Below are positions 38,817 to 49,593 of a stretch of 64,000 bases of DNA, piece after piece. A program made the translations under genes and the position numbers. This DNA is from Gemmatimonadota bacterium. Lineage in GTDB: Bacteria; Gemmatimonadota; Gemmatimonadetes; Palauibacterales; Palauibacteraceae. The notes beneath the pieces were generated by a model that did not search any database, was not told the origin of the DNA, and worked only from the letters and a program-made list of their open reading frames with translations. The stretch lies in the NCBI GenBank assembly GCA_963666735.1, contig OY762926.1, forward strand, positions 3,296,001 to 3,360,000. Reading direction: 5' to 3'. Within the stretch, counting starts at the first letter, position 1. Each line of letters opens with the position of its first letter.

Positions 38817-40091
38817 CTAGGACTCGATGTCGTAGAAGCTCTCGACGGGGGGCGGGTTTGCGGGGACGGGGCCGCCTGCGAGCGCGTCGCGCATCGCGGG
38901 CGCCCGCGGGGTGGCGGCGACCGTGCCGAATCCGGAGGTGTCGTCTGCCATGGCCGCGAAGAGTCGGCCGGCGCGCTCGAGCCGGGTGGTGATCTCCTCC
39001 TCGATCGGTTCGAGACTCCAGTCGCCGCGCTTCATCACGTGTCCAAGCGCGATCCCGTCCGAACGCGGCAGGACCCCGATGCGGCCGCCCCCCGGGGCGC
39101 TGCCCTCGAGGCTGTAGCCGATCTCTGGCTGAGGGGCGAGGAAGGTGAGCTGGCCCTTGACCGGGGTCATCGTTTCGTCCCCGAACAGGGCCCGGGCGCC
39201 GAGTCCGGTGCAGTTGGCGATGAGCGGCTCGTCGAGCGACACGAGGTCGCGGAGTGTCTCGAAGTCGCGGATCCGCACGCGCCCGCCGAAGAGGAGGAAC
39301 TCCTCCATCAACTCATCGAGATAGATCGATGGCTCGATGCGGAGGGTCGGCCTGCGAAGCGCGTAGGCGCCGGGGAAGGGGTGTTCTCCCGGCTGCAGCA
39401 CGGTGGCGGCCACGTCGAGGCCCGGGTCGAGGCCGCTCTCGGTCTCGTCGAGTCCGGAATCTTCCACCCGCCGGCCCGAAAGGCGGTTCGTCCAGGTGTA
39501 CGTCGTCAGCCAGGACACGCCGCGCCCGGCTCCGGCGAACAGTTGCAACTGCTCGTAGGAGGCGCGGACCGCCCGGTCGAACTGGGCGTCGAAGGCCGGG
39601 GTCCGTTCCGGCGCCGACACCAGGTTGGAGAGCGGCGAGAACCCGGCGTAGGCCATGTTCGAGGTCGTGTCGGGCGGGAGGGCGCGCGCGTGGATCGTCA
39701 CGTCGAAGCCGCGGCGCTGGAGCTGCCGCGCGGTGGCGAGGCCGACGGCGCCGGCTCCGATGACGGCGGCTTGCCGCGAAGGATGAGGTTCGGCCAGTTC
39801 GGCGGCGAGCAGGCCCGTCCCCCAGGAGAGGGAGATCCCAGCGCCGCCGTGGCCGTAGTTGTGGATGATCGTCTTGTCGTCGAGCCGCTCCGTGGCCACG
39901 CGAAAACCGGCGGGCCGGAACGGTCTGAGACCGACGGTGGTTCGGATCACGCGGTCCGGCGAGACTCGGACGAGGGGCAGCGTCGGGGCGACCGGCCCGG
40001 GCGGAACACGGCGCCAGGCGGGGGAACACGCGCCGAGACTCGAGCCCAGCGCCGCGGTCCCCATGGTCTTGATCAACGTTCGTCGGTTCAC
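38817..40091 (-). CDS. FAD-dependent D-amino-acid oxidase family, circularly permuted, Tat lipoprotein
   Basis: NRRTLIK...LGAC leader; GLRP and HNYGHGGAG precede VIGAGAVG. Confidence 0.82.
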   Translation of the reverse strand: MNRRTLIKTMGTAALGSSLGACSPAWRRVPPGPVAPTLPLVRVSPDRVIRTTVGLRPFRPAGFRVATERLDDKTIIHNYGHGGAGISLSWGTGLLAAELAEPHPSRQAAVIGAGAVGLATARQLQRRGFDVTIHARALPPDTTSNMAYAGFSPLSNLVSAPERTPAFDAQFDRAVRASYEQLQLFAGAGRGVSWLTTYTWTNRLSGRRVEDSGLDETESGLDPGLDVAATVLQPGEHPFPGAYALRRPTLRIEPSIYLDELMEEFLLFGGRVRIRDFETLRDLVSLDEPLIANCTGLGARALFGDETMTPVKGQLTFLAPQPEIGYSLEGSAPGGGRIGVLPRSDGIALGHVMKRGDWSLEPIEEEITTRLERAGRLFAAMADDTSGFGTVAATPRAPAMRDALAGGPVPANPPPVESFYDIES

Positions 40092-40141
40092 GCAATAAGA
40101 CTGATGCCAACCACCGGCGTCGGCCAGAGAGCACGTCGAGG

Positions 40142-40157
40142 CGTTCCCGCGGGAACG
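40142..40157. repeat. 16-bp palindrome, copy 1
   Basis: CGTTCCCGCGGGAACG, intergenic. Confidence 0.8.
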
Positions 40158-40173
40158 TCCCGGGAGGGAAGGA

Positions 40174-40836
40174 ATGCAGGAAAAAGTGATTGAGACGTCG
40201 GAAGACATCGCCGAGGGCCTCGATGCGTTGGTGCGCATCGACGGACGGCTTGCGGAGGTGGTCGAACGGGCGGGGGCGGTGCCGCTGCGGCGAAGCCCCC
40301 CCGGCTTCGAGGGCCTCGCCCGGGTCATCGTTTCGCAGATGGTGTCGAAGGCGGCCGCCGCCGCGATCTGGGAGCGGCTCCTCGAAGAGGCGGACTGCTG
40401 CGCGCCCGGACGGGTCGCCGGACTCTCCGATGCGCAATGCCGCCGGATCGGGCTTTCCCGCTCCAAGGAGATGACGCTGAAACGCGCGGCGGAAGCCGTC
40501 CTTGGCGGGAGCCTCGATCCGGAAGCGCTGTGCCTCATGCCTGCCGTGGCAGCCATCGCCGCCATGACGGCGCTCAAGGGGGTCGGAGTGTGGACGGCCG
40601 AGGTCTACCTCCTGTTCTGCGCCGGCCATCGCGACATTTTTCCGGCAGGCGATCTTGCGCTGCGAAGCGCGGCGGGACATGCGCTCGGCCTCGAAGAACG
40701 GCCCGACGAAGAAACGCTCCGCGAGATCGCCGGCCGCTGGCGACCCTGGCGGAGCGTGGCGGCGCGCCTTCTCTGGGCGTACTACTCGGCGGAAATGCGG
40801 CGGCGAAACGTGACGCCGATGGGTTCCCGGGGCTAG
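40174..40836 (+). CDS. DNA-3-methyladenine glycosylase II family (HhH-GPD)
   Basis: IVSQMVS, LKGVGVWTAE, FPAGDL, WRPWRS. Confidence 0.9.
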   Translation: MQEKVIETSEDIAEGLDALVRIDGRLAEVVERAGAVPLRRSPPGFEGLARVIVSQMVSKAAAAAIWERLLEEADCCAPGRVAGLSDAQCRRIGLSRSKEMTLKRAAEAVLGGSLDPEALCLMPAVAAIAAMTALKGVGVWTAEVYLLFCAGHRDIFPAGDLALRSAAGHALGLEERPDEETLREIAGRWRPWRSVAARLLWAYYSAEMRRRNVTPMGSRG

Positions 40837-41690
40837 ATCGTTTCGAGATCTTCGGCTCGTACCCAGCCGACCTTGCCGTCTTCCAGCACGATCTCGAGCC
40901 AGTCGCTCGATCTCCGGTCGATCCGGACCACGGCGCCTTCGTGAATCGTGAACAACTGCAGCGAGGGATCTTCGGAGGGCGCGCTCTGCACGGCGGCCTC
41001 CGTCTGCAGGATCACCCCGCGCTCCGCGCGCCCGACCCCGAGCTCACGGATCAGCAGGTTCGTGCCGGCGACGGAGGCGAGCGCGGCCGCTGCCGCGGCG
41101 GCGTGGCGGGTCCAGTGCGGCGGTCCGTTGGAGAGGAGCCGGTAGAGGACGATGGAAGCCAGCCCCAGGTAGCCCAGCGCCAGGATCGCGATGAGCCACC
41201 CGCGCGGCACGAGTTGCAGCGCCCACCCGACGACGCGGGGCACCCAGAACCCCGGCAGCGGCGTGATCTCGTCGGCGGTCAGGGAGCGCGCGAGTTCCAG
41301 GTTGCCGCGCACGTTCTCGTCCCGCGGAAGCGCGACCCTGGCGCGCTCGTAGAAGAGGATCGCCCGGCCCAGTTCCCCGAGCCTGAAGTAGGCGTTGCCG
41401 ATGTTGTAGTGGAGTTCGCCGCTCTCGAACCCGTCCTCGTACAGTCCGAGGTAGGCATCGAGGGCGGCCTCATGGTCTCCGGCCTGATAGAGGCGGTTCC
41501 CGGCCTGGAAGCGGTCGGCGGGCGCAGGGCCGCGCGCAGTTTCCTGCACGGTGGCGAGTTCGGTCGCCGGAGCCGGCGCGAGGGTTGGCGCCAGAGCGAG
41601 CGCCACGGCCGGGAGCCCGGCGAGTGCCACGGCCGTGAGCCCGATGACCGCCAACCCGTGGCGACGCCCGGCAAGGCGGCGGGCGATCAT
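40833..41690 (-). CDS. batE: BatE-like TPR + SH3 protein
   Basis: YNIGNAYF..GRAILFYERA; IHEG...GKVGWV. Confidence 0.8.
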   Translation of the reverse strand: MIARRLAGRRHGLAVIGLTAVALAGLPAVALALAPTLAPAPATELATVQETARGPAPADRFQAGNRLYQAGDHEAALDAYLGLYEDGFESGELHYNIGNAYFRLGELGRAILFYERARVALPRDENVRGNLELARSLTADEITPLPGFWVPRVVGWALQLVPRGWLIAILALGYLGLASIVLYRLLSNGPPHWTRHAAAAAAALASVAGTNLLIRELGVGRAERGVILQTEAAVQSAPSEDPSLQLFTIHEGAVVRIDRRSSDWLEIVLEDGKVGWVRAEDLETI

Positions 41691-43573
41691 CGGAGTTCTC
41701 CCGCGAGGGCGGAAAGCGCGGACTCGGCGCGGGCCAGAAAGGTCTTCCGTTCTTCGATCTCGGCGCCGACCGGGGCGAAGCGCTGCCGGTCGCAGGCTTC
41801 GAGCGCGGCAAGGTACTCGTCGACGGTGGGCTCGCGGGCGCCGCGGCGGAGCAGAGCGGCGCGGAGGTCGTCGCGGATCATCCCGGCAGCGGAGGTGTCG
41901 AGCTTGTCGGCGACGAACCCTTCCAGCGCCTGGGCGGCCTCGGCGTAGAAGGCCCGCGCATCGCTGCCCCCCGCGAGCCCGGCGGCCCGGGCGAGGCGCT
42001 TCTTCGCCACGCGGGCCGCCCGGCGGTCGCGAGCGTAGGCCCGGTCGCCCGCGAGCCGGTCGCGGCGCCGGCGCAGCCCGGCCGCGCCCGCGACCATGCC
42101 GACGGGCGCAAGCGCGACGATCCAGAACCATGCCTGGTCGAACAGCATCTCACCCCGGCGACGGAAGCGCGGCGTATCGGTCCGGATGAAGCGGATGTCC
42201 GAGCGCAGCGCCTCGACGGAGCCGCGCGCGCGTGTTCCCGGCAACGCGTCCTCGACCGCCCGGCCCGTGACCCGCAGGTCGACCGGCGCCGCCGACGCCG
42301 TCTCGTAGCGGTCCGCCTCGGCGTTGTAGTACCCCATGTCCACGCCCGGTATCGTCAGCGTTCCGGGCGCCCGGGGTATGAGGACGTACTCCCACGTCCG
42401 CGTTCCCGCGACACCGGCGTCGGTGGTTCGCAGGCGATCGGACACCTCCGGCGGAAAGGCCTCAACGGTCGGCGGAAAGGCGAGTTCCGGCGGTGCCAGC
42501 GCCTTCAGGTTGCCGGAACCCGACACGTCCACGCGCAACGTGACCGCCTCGTTGGCGGCCAGACTGTCCCGGTCGACGGAACTCTCGATCGCCAGATCCC
42601 CCACGAGGCCCGTGAAGCCCGCCGGCCGGCCCTCCGCGGGGAGGGGGAGCACTTCGATCTCGACCGGAGGCGAAGCGGCGCCCGTCGTCACGACATCGCC
42701 GAACAGGGAACTCCGGTTGAAGAATCCCCCGAACACATCGTCGAACGGATCGCGCGATCGTCGCTGCACGCGGACCTGCGCCTCGATCGCGAGCGGTTCG
42801 AGCGTCTTCGAACCCGGCCCTGTCGGATACAGCGCCACCTTCCGGATCACCGCCGTCGCGTAGGCGACCCCGTCGCGCACGACCTGCTCCACCTGCGGCT
42901 GTTGCGGGAGTTCGAACTCCTCGACCCAGAAGCCCGCCGTGGCGGGAAGTCGCGTGACCCCGTACGAACTCACGTTGACGCGGGTGAAGAGCCGGTATTC
43001 GACGATGACGGGTTCGTTCTCGCGGACGCGGCGCTTGTTCGGCTCGGCGACGACGAAGAGGTCGTCCGGGCCGATGTTCCCGGGGTCCGAAGGCTGCCCT
43101 GCCGGGGCTCCCTCCGCTCCCGGCGCCGGCTGGGGGGCCGACGACACGCGCAGGCTCAGCGGCTCCGTCGTCAGCGCCTCTCCGCCCGCCTCGACCGTCA
43201 CCGGCCCGATCTCGAACGTCCCCTCCGTCGTCGCCTGGAAACGGTACCGCACGGTGAGCGAGACGGTCGTCCGGCCGTTCACGATCCGCACCGAGGTCTG
43301 CGTCCCGCTGCTCAGGAAGGCGGCGAAGGCGGCCATGCCGGGAAGGACGGGGTCCTGGTCGAAGCGTTGGACGCCTTCCAGGACGACGTTGAGCGTGAAG
43401 GTCTGCCCCACGCCGACTTCCCCGCGGTCGAGGTGCGCCGAGGCCGTGACATCCTGCCCGGAGAGCGCGCCGGGAACGAGGAGGCAGGCCAGGACCCACG
43501 CCCGGACCCGGGCGAGGACGGGGGTCGCCGCCGAGCGGTCCGGGCGCACGGGAAGTCGAAGCCGTCGCATCAC
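41687..43573 (-). CDS. batD: BatD family protein
   Basis: GFWVEE, FTGLVG, GSGNL, YVLIPR; operon position. Confidence 0.82.
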   Translation of the reverse strand: MMRRLRLPVRPDRSAATPVLARVRAWVLACLLVPGALSGQDVTASAHLDRGEVGVGQTFTLNVVLEGVQRFDQDPVLPGMAAFAAFLSSGTQTSVRIVNGRTTVSLTVRYRFQATTEGTFEIGPVTVEAGGEALTTEPLSLRVSSAPQPAPGAEGAPAGQPSDPGNIGPDDLFVVAEPNKRRVRENEPVIVEYRLFTRVNVSSYGVTRLPATAGFWVEEFELPQQPQVEQVVRDGVAYATAVIRKVALYPTGPGSKTLEPLAIEAQVRVQRRSRDPFDDVFGGFFNRSSLFGDVVTTGAASPPVEIEVLPLPAEGRPAGFTGLVGDLAIESSVDRDSLAANEAVTLRVDVSGSGNLKALAPPELAFPPTVEAFPPEVSDRLRTTDAGVAGTRTWEYVLIPRAPGTLTIPGVDMGYYNAEADRYETASAAPVDLRVTGRAVEDALPGTRARGSVEALRSDIRFIRTDTPRFRRRGEMLFDQAWFWIVALAPVGMVAGAAGLRRRRDRLAGDRAYARDRRAARVAKKRLARAAGLAGGSDARAFYAEAAQALEGFVADKLDTSAAGMIRDDLRAALLRRGAREPTVDEYLAALEACDRQRFAPVGAEIEERKTFLARAESALSALAGELR

Positions 43574-44373
43574 CAGTCCCTGCGCGGCCTCGTGCCGCGC
43601 GTCGGCGTGCGCGGCTGGCGGTTCACCTCATCCTGATCCTCCTGGATCGCGTCAAGCAGCCGTTCGGCCTCCTCCCGCGTCATTTCTCCGGGCGGGGGTG
43701 TTCCCTCCTGCGGCGGTGATTCCGATTCCTCCGGATCCCGCTCGGGGTCCGGCTCAGGGTTCGGCTGGCTCTGCGGATCCTGGTTCGGATCCTGCTCGGG
43801 CTGATCCTGATCCTGTTGATCCTGCTGCGGATCCTGGTTCTGCTCGCCACCTTGCGGTTGCTGCTCGCTCTCGTCCTCCTCGTCGTTCTCGCCGTCGCCC
43901 TGCTGCTGCTGCTCCTGCTCCTGCATCTGTTCGAGCACCCGCTCGAGGTTGTGTTTGGCGTCGGGGTCCGCCGGGTCGGCGCGCAGCGCCTGCTTGAAGG
44001 CCTCCAGACTCTCGGGGAGCGCGCCCTGCCGGTAGAGCGTGTTCCCGAGGTTGTACCACGCGGCGGCCGCCAACTCCGGGTCTCCGCCCTCCACCGCGGC
44101 GCGGAAGGATTCCAGCGCCGACTCGTAGTCCTCGCCCCGGTAGAGCGCGTTCCCGTCGTTGAACCGGATGATCGGGGAGTCCGGGTCCGCGAGGAGCGCC
44201 TCCAGGTACTTCTCGTGCGCCTCGGCGAAACGTCCCTCCTCATAGAGGCGGTTCCCCTCGCGCGTCTCGGCGCGTCCCGCCTGCGCGCGCACTTCGGCGG
44301 GCGCCGCGGCCACGAGGGCCGCGACGGCGAGGGGCAGCCACAGCCGCCCGATGCGTCTGCCCGTCGCGCTCAC
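43570..44373 (-). CDS. batC: BatC-like TPR protein with Q/D/E/P-rich linker
   Basis: GNRLY, WYNLGN, AKHNLE, EAERLLDAI, terminal DW. Confidence 0.8.
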   Translation of the reverse strand: MSATGRRIGRLWLPLAVAALVAAAPAEVRAQAGRAETREGNRLYEEGRFAEAHEKYLEALLADPDSPIIRFNDGNALYRGEDYESALESFRAAVEGGDPELAAAAWYNLGNTLYRQGALPESLEAFKQALRADPADPDAKHNLERVLEQMQEQEQQQQGDGENDEEDESEQQPQGGEQNQDPQQDQQDQDQPEQDPNQDPQSQPNPEPDPERDPEESESPPQEGTPPPGEMTREEAERLLDAIQEDQDEVNRQPRTPTRGTRPRRDW

Positions 44374-45401
44374 GTGAACCTCCCTCTCCAGGCACTCACG
44401 GTCTTCTTCCGGTCCGTCCACAGTCCCTCCAGGAACAATAGGAGAATCGCCGCGCCGAGGAATATCTGGAACTGCTCCTCGTACTGCGTGACCTCGCGCG
44501 CGTCGATCTCGCGTCCGCCCAGCGCCGAGACCTCTTCGATGAGCGCCGTCAACTCGCTTGCCTCGGGGGTGCTGCGGTAGAGCTGTCCGCCCGTGCGCGA
44601 CGCGATCCGCCTCAATGCCGTCTCGTCGAGCCGGGTCGTGACGACGGCCCCCGCTTCGTCGCGCTTGAACCCGGCCGGCCCGCCCGCCGCGCCGTACTCG
44701 GGAATCGGGACGCCGTCCGTCGAACCCACGCCGACCGTGTGGATCGTAACCCCGGCCTCGAGTGCGCGGTCCACCGCCGGCTCGATGCCCCCCTCATGGT
44801 CTTCGCCGTCGGTGACGACGATGATGATGCGTTCCTCCACCGGCGCGTCGGAGAAGGCTTCCAGCGCGAGTTCGAGCGCGGCCCCGAGATCCGTTCCCTG
44901 CACGGGCACGAGTTCCGTGTCCATCGCGTTGAGGAAGAGGCGCGCGGCTCCGTAGTCCGACGTCAGCGGGCTCTGGACGAAGGCTTGGCCGGCAAAGGCG
45001 ATGAGGCCGATGCGGTCCCCGTCCAGCCGCTCGATGAGGCGCTGGATTTCGAGTTTCGAGCGCTGCAGGCGGTTGGGGGCGATGTCCTCCGCCAGCATCG
45101 AAGTGGAGAGGTCCAGGGCGACGACGATGTCCATCCCCTCCCGGCGGACGGTCTCCACGCGCGAGCCGAACTGCGGGCGGGCCAGGGCAACGGCGGAGAG
45201 GGCGAGCACGGCGAGGAGTCCGATGGCCTTCCAGGCGCGGGCCCGCGGGTTCACGCTCCGGCTCAACCGGCGGACGAGCGCGAGGTCGCCGAAGCGGGCC
45301 AGCGCCCGGCGCCGCAGGGTCACGCCCCGCCACATCAGGCCGGCGGCCAGCGGGATGAGCGCCAGTCCGAACAGTGCCGTGACGAACCCGAAGCGGAACA
45401 C
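44370..45401 (-). CDS. batB: BatB VWA-domain protein
   Basis: DLSTSM MIDAS, PLTSDY, TDGEDH. Confidence 0.85.
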   Translation of the reverse strand: MFRFGFVTALFGLALIPLAAGLMWRGVTLRRRALARFGDLALVRRLSRSVNPRARAWKAIGLLAVLALSAVALARPQFGSRVETVRREGMDIVVALDLSTSMLAEDIAPNRLQRSKLEIQRLIERLDGDRIGLIAFAGQAFVQSPLTSDYGAARLFLNAMDTELVPVQGTDLGAALELALEAFSDAPVEERIIIVVTDGEDHEGGIEPAVDRALEAGVTIHTVGVGSTDGVPIPEYGAAGGPAGFKRDEAGAVVTTRLDETALRRIASRTGGQLYRSTPEASELTALIEEVSALGGREIDAREVTQYEEQFQIFLGAAILLLFLEGLWTDRKKTVSAWRGRFT

Positions 45402-45419
45402 GATGGTGCCTCCCCCCCG

Positions 45420-46415
45420 CTACGGCAGTCTTCGCAGGACCGTCTGCGCGAGCCCGATCTCGAGCAGCAGCAGTCCGAGTCCCGCCGCGAGCGGGAAGTG
45501 GAAGAGTTCGCCGTACCGCGTGAAGCTCTGCACGTCGATCTCGGTCGTCTCGAGCGCGTCGATCTCCTCGTAGATGCGTTCGAGGCTCTCGCGGTCGGTG
45601 GCCCGGAAGTACCGTCCTCCGGTGACCTCGGCAACCTCCGCGAGGGTGGGTTCGTCGACGTCCACGGGAATCGACACGAGGCGCCGCCCGAAGACCGGAT
45701 CGTCGACGGGAACCGGGGCCGTCCCGCGCGACCCCGCCGCGATCGTATAGACCTTGACCCCCAGCGCCCGGGCCATTTGGGCGGCGGTCGCCGGATCGAT
45801 CTCGCCGCGGTTGTTCCGGCCATCGGTGAGGAGCACGATGATCCTCGATTCGGCCTGGCTGGACTCGAGGCGCTTGAGCGCGGTCGCGAGTCCGAGTCCG
45901 ATCGCGGTCCCGTCCTCGACCATTCCCACCTCCAGTTCGGCCATGACCGCCGAGACGGCCGGGTGATCGATCGTGAGCGGGGCCTGGGTGAACGCCTGTC
46001 CGGCGAACACGACGAGTCCGATGCGGTCGTTGCGGCGGCGTTCGACGAAGTCCGCCGCGACCTCCCGGGCCGCCTCCAGCCGGTTGGGCACCAGATCCTG
46101 CGCGAGCATGGAACTGGAGATGTCCAGGGCCATGACGATGTCGACGCCCTCGGTCGACACATCCTCGCTGATCGAGGCGGATTGGGGGCGGGCGAAGGCG
46201 ACGATGAACAAGCTGAGGGCGAGCAGGCGCAGCGCCAGCGGCACATGGCGCAGGCGGCCGGTGCGCTCGGCCCCCGAGCGCCGGAGGAGCGCCAGGTCCG
46301 GGTAGCGCAGGGCGCCGGCCCTGCGTCCTCCCCTCGCCAGGCGCCGGTAGGCGAGCGCCGGGACGAGGAGCAGCAGGAGCAGGAGAAACGCGGGATCCGC
46401 GAAGCGGTGGATCAT
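45420..46415 (-). CDS. batA: BatA VWA-domain protein
   Basis: ARPQ, DISSSM, DGTAIG, LTDGRNN, TGGRYFRA. Confidence 0.87.
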   Translation of the reverse strand: MIHRFADPAFLLLLLLLVPALAYRRLARGGRRAGALRYPDLALLRRSGAERTGRLRHVPLALRLLALSLFIVAFARPQSASISEDVSTEGVDIVMALDISSSMLAQDLVPNRLEAAREVAADFVERRRNDRIGLVVFAGQAFTQAPLTIDHPAVSAVMAELEVGMVEDGTAIGLGLATALKRLESSQAESRIIVLLTDGRNNRGEIDPATAAQMARALGVKVYTIAAGSRGTAPVPVDDPVFGRRLVSIPVDVDEPTLAEVAEVTGGRYFRATDRESLERIYEEIDALETTEIDVQSFTRYGELFHFPLAAGLGLLLLEIGLAQTVLRRLP

Positions 46416-47467
46416 GGAACGGCCGCCTCGGTCCGGTCGTCCGCGGCCGCTTCGGCTCTGTCGGCTGCGGTCTCTCCGGGCGTCGTCGCTTCGGCTGCGG
46501 TCTCGTCGGACTCCGCGGCGGGGGGCGGGGGCACGAACTTCGTCCGTTCCACCAGCGTGCGCGCGTCGGCGAGGATGCCCCGGCACGCCGCCTCATCCGG
46601 CCGCCGCTTCGCGAACTTCACCAGGTCGCAGGCGTCCAGGAAGCGTTCGAAGGCCGTTCGAAGACCGGGGTCCACGCCGGCATGCCCCAGGCTCGAGATC
46701 ACGTCCGGCGTGATCATCTCCAGGGCCCAGATCCGGTACCGTCCCTCGAGGTAGGCGCGGATGATCCGGGACACCTCGATGTGGTACGGCTTGATCTCGC
46801 CGCGCTCCAGGAGAGGGGACGCCTCGAGCCGGTCCAGCGCCTCGAGCGCGATCTCGTGTGGCGGCCGAGCCGGGACCGGTGGCCGGGAGTCGGTCCGGTG
46901 GGGGCTGCGACGCCGCCGGCGCCCCCACCAGTACCCGGCGCCGGCGAGCGCCGCGGCGAGCAGGAGCCACGGCCACAGGAGCAGCCAATTGCGCGCGACC
47001 GCGCGCGGGCCCTTCACGTCGCGGATGTCTCCGCTCTCGTCGAGCCCGACCGTGGTCACGCCGATCACCACGGGGTCGGTGGAGACGGTGGCCGAGACGC
47101 CCGCCCCGTCCGTGAGTGCGAGATCGAACGAAGGGAGTTCGAGTTCGCCCAACTCGAAGGCGGTCACGCGCAGCACCGCCGGCGTGCGCACGCCTTCTCC
47201 GTAGGCCTCGGGCGGACCCGCCTCGAGCGCCAGCGCCTCGAAGGGACCCAGCGAGAGCGAGTCGGGCCAGCGCACGGCGAGATCCGCCGGGTGCTCGACG
47301 GAGAGCCGCAGCGCGAGCGGATCGCCCACATGGATCTCCGTCGTGTCGGGTTCGATGGTGACCCGAGGCGACTGCCCCCGAAGGTCTCCGCCCGCTCCGA
47401 GAGCCCCGCACGCCAGCAGGAGGCTCACGACGGCGGCCCGCCTCCCGTCCCACGATCCGCGGCTCAT
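46412..47467 (-). CDS. Bat-operon membrane protein
   Basis: Signal peptide, IRDVKGP then TM segment, IRAYLE, DLVKFA. Confidence 0.75.
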   Translation of the reverse strand: MSRGSWDGRRAAVVSLLLACGALGAGGDLRGQSPRVTIEPDTTEIHVGDPLALRLSVEHPADLAVRWPDSLSLGPFEALALEAGPPEAYGEGVRTPAVLRVTAFELGELELPSFDLALTDGAGVSATVSTDPVVIGVTTVGLDESGDIRDVKGPRAVARNWLLLWPWLLLAAALAGAGYWWGRRRRRSPHRTDSRPPVPARPPHEIALEALDRLEASPLLERGEIKPYHIEVSRIIRAYLEGRYRIWALEMITPDVISSLGHAGVDPGLRTAFERFLDACDLVKFAKRRPDEAACRGILADARTLVERTKFVPPPPAAESDETAAEATTPGETAADRAEAAADDRTEAAVP

Positions 47468-48339
47468 ATGCGCCGTCCCCGCTCCTCGAAGAAGCGCATC
47501 AGCGGCCGCAGGTAGGGGCGCCCCGGACTGAGATCCACGACGTCGACCTTGCTGCGCCGGAACGTCCGGTCCTGTCCCGCCCGCGCCTCCTCCCCGCAAC
47601 TCGCGAACGCCGCCCGGAAATCACGGTTCGAGGTGTCGACGACGAGCCGTTCTCCCGTCTCCGCGTCCTCGAGTTCGACGAGTCCGATGGGCGGCAGTTC
47701 CGACTCCCGCCGGTCCCTCACCCGGAGGGCGACGACGTCGTGCCGCCGGCCCGCGACCCCGAGCGCTTTCTCGAAGGGCTTCGAGACGAAGTCGGAGACG
47801 ACGAAGACCACGGCCCGCCGCCGGATGATGCGCGAGAGGTACTCGAGCGCCGCGCCGAGGTCCGTCGACCGGCCCCGGGGCTGGTGATACAGCATCTCGC
47901 GCAGCACGCGCAGGACGTGCCGCCGGCCCTTCCGTGGCGGGACGAATTTCTCGACGCGGTCGCTGAAGATGATGAGCCCGACCTTGTCGTTGTTCTTGAT
48001 CGCGCTGAAGGCGAGCAGGGAGCACACCTCGACGGCGAGATCTCCCTTCATGCGCTCCCGGGTGCCGAAATCTCCGGATGCGCTCACGTCCACGAGGAGC
48101 ATCACCGTGAGTTCGCGCTCTTCCTCGAAGATCTTGACGTGGGGCGTTCCGGTGCGGGCGGTGACGTTCCAGTCGATCGAGCGGATGTCGTCGCCGTAGT
48201 CGTACTCGCGCACCTCGGCGAAGTTGATGCCGCGTCCCTTGAACACGGAGTGGTATTCGCCCGAGAACACCTGGTCCACGAGCCCCCGCGTCGTGATCTC
48301 GATGCGGCGGACCTTCCGGAGGATCTCCCGCGGAATCAT
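47464..48339 (-). CDS. DUF58 family protein
   Basis: FKGRGINFAEVREY..GDDIRSIDWNVTAR. Confidence 0.92.
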   Translation of the reverse strand: MIPREILRKVRRIEITTRGLVDQVFSGEYHSVFKGRGINFAEVREYDYGDDIRSIDWNVTARTGTPHVKIFEEERELTVMLLVDVSASGDFGTRERMKGDLAVEVCSLLAFSAIKNNDKVGLIIFSDRVEKFVPPRKGRRHVLRVLREMLYHQPRGRSTDLGAALEYLSRIIRRRAVVFVVSDFVSKPFEKALGVAGRRHDVVALRVRDRRESELPPIGLVELEDAETGERLVVDTSNRDFRAAFASCGEEARAGQDRTFRRSKVDVVDLSPGRPYLRPLMRFFEERGRRI

Positions 48340-48371
48340 CCCTCCCTCCCTCCCTCCGATTCCCCGAACGC

Positions 48372-49361
<990 letters not shown>

Positions 49362-49593
49362 CGCGGTGCGTTCCTCTCCTCTCGAATCGTCTCTCCGAAT
49401 GATCTCGCGCGAAGGCATCGATCAGCCACCCGTGCCTTATGCCGACGGGAATCGGCGCTTGAAAGACATTTTAGCGAATTTCGGCGTTGCCCGAAGGGTT
49501 TCCCGCGCGGGCCCGCGTTGACGCGGAGCGTGGCGGCGGGCACCGTGGATTCGGACCCCTTGGCGATCACGGAGTCCCAACCAGGAGCGCCGA

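Noticed and set aside
43730..43925. Repetitive GATCCTG-rich stretch
   Set aside because: Encodes the normal Q/D/P-rich BatC linker.
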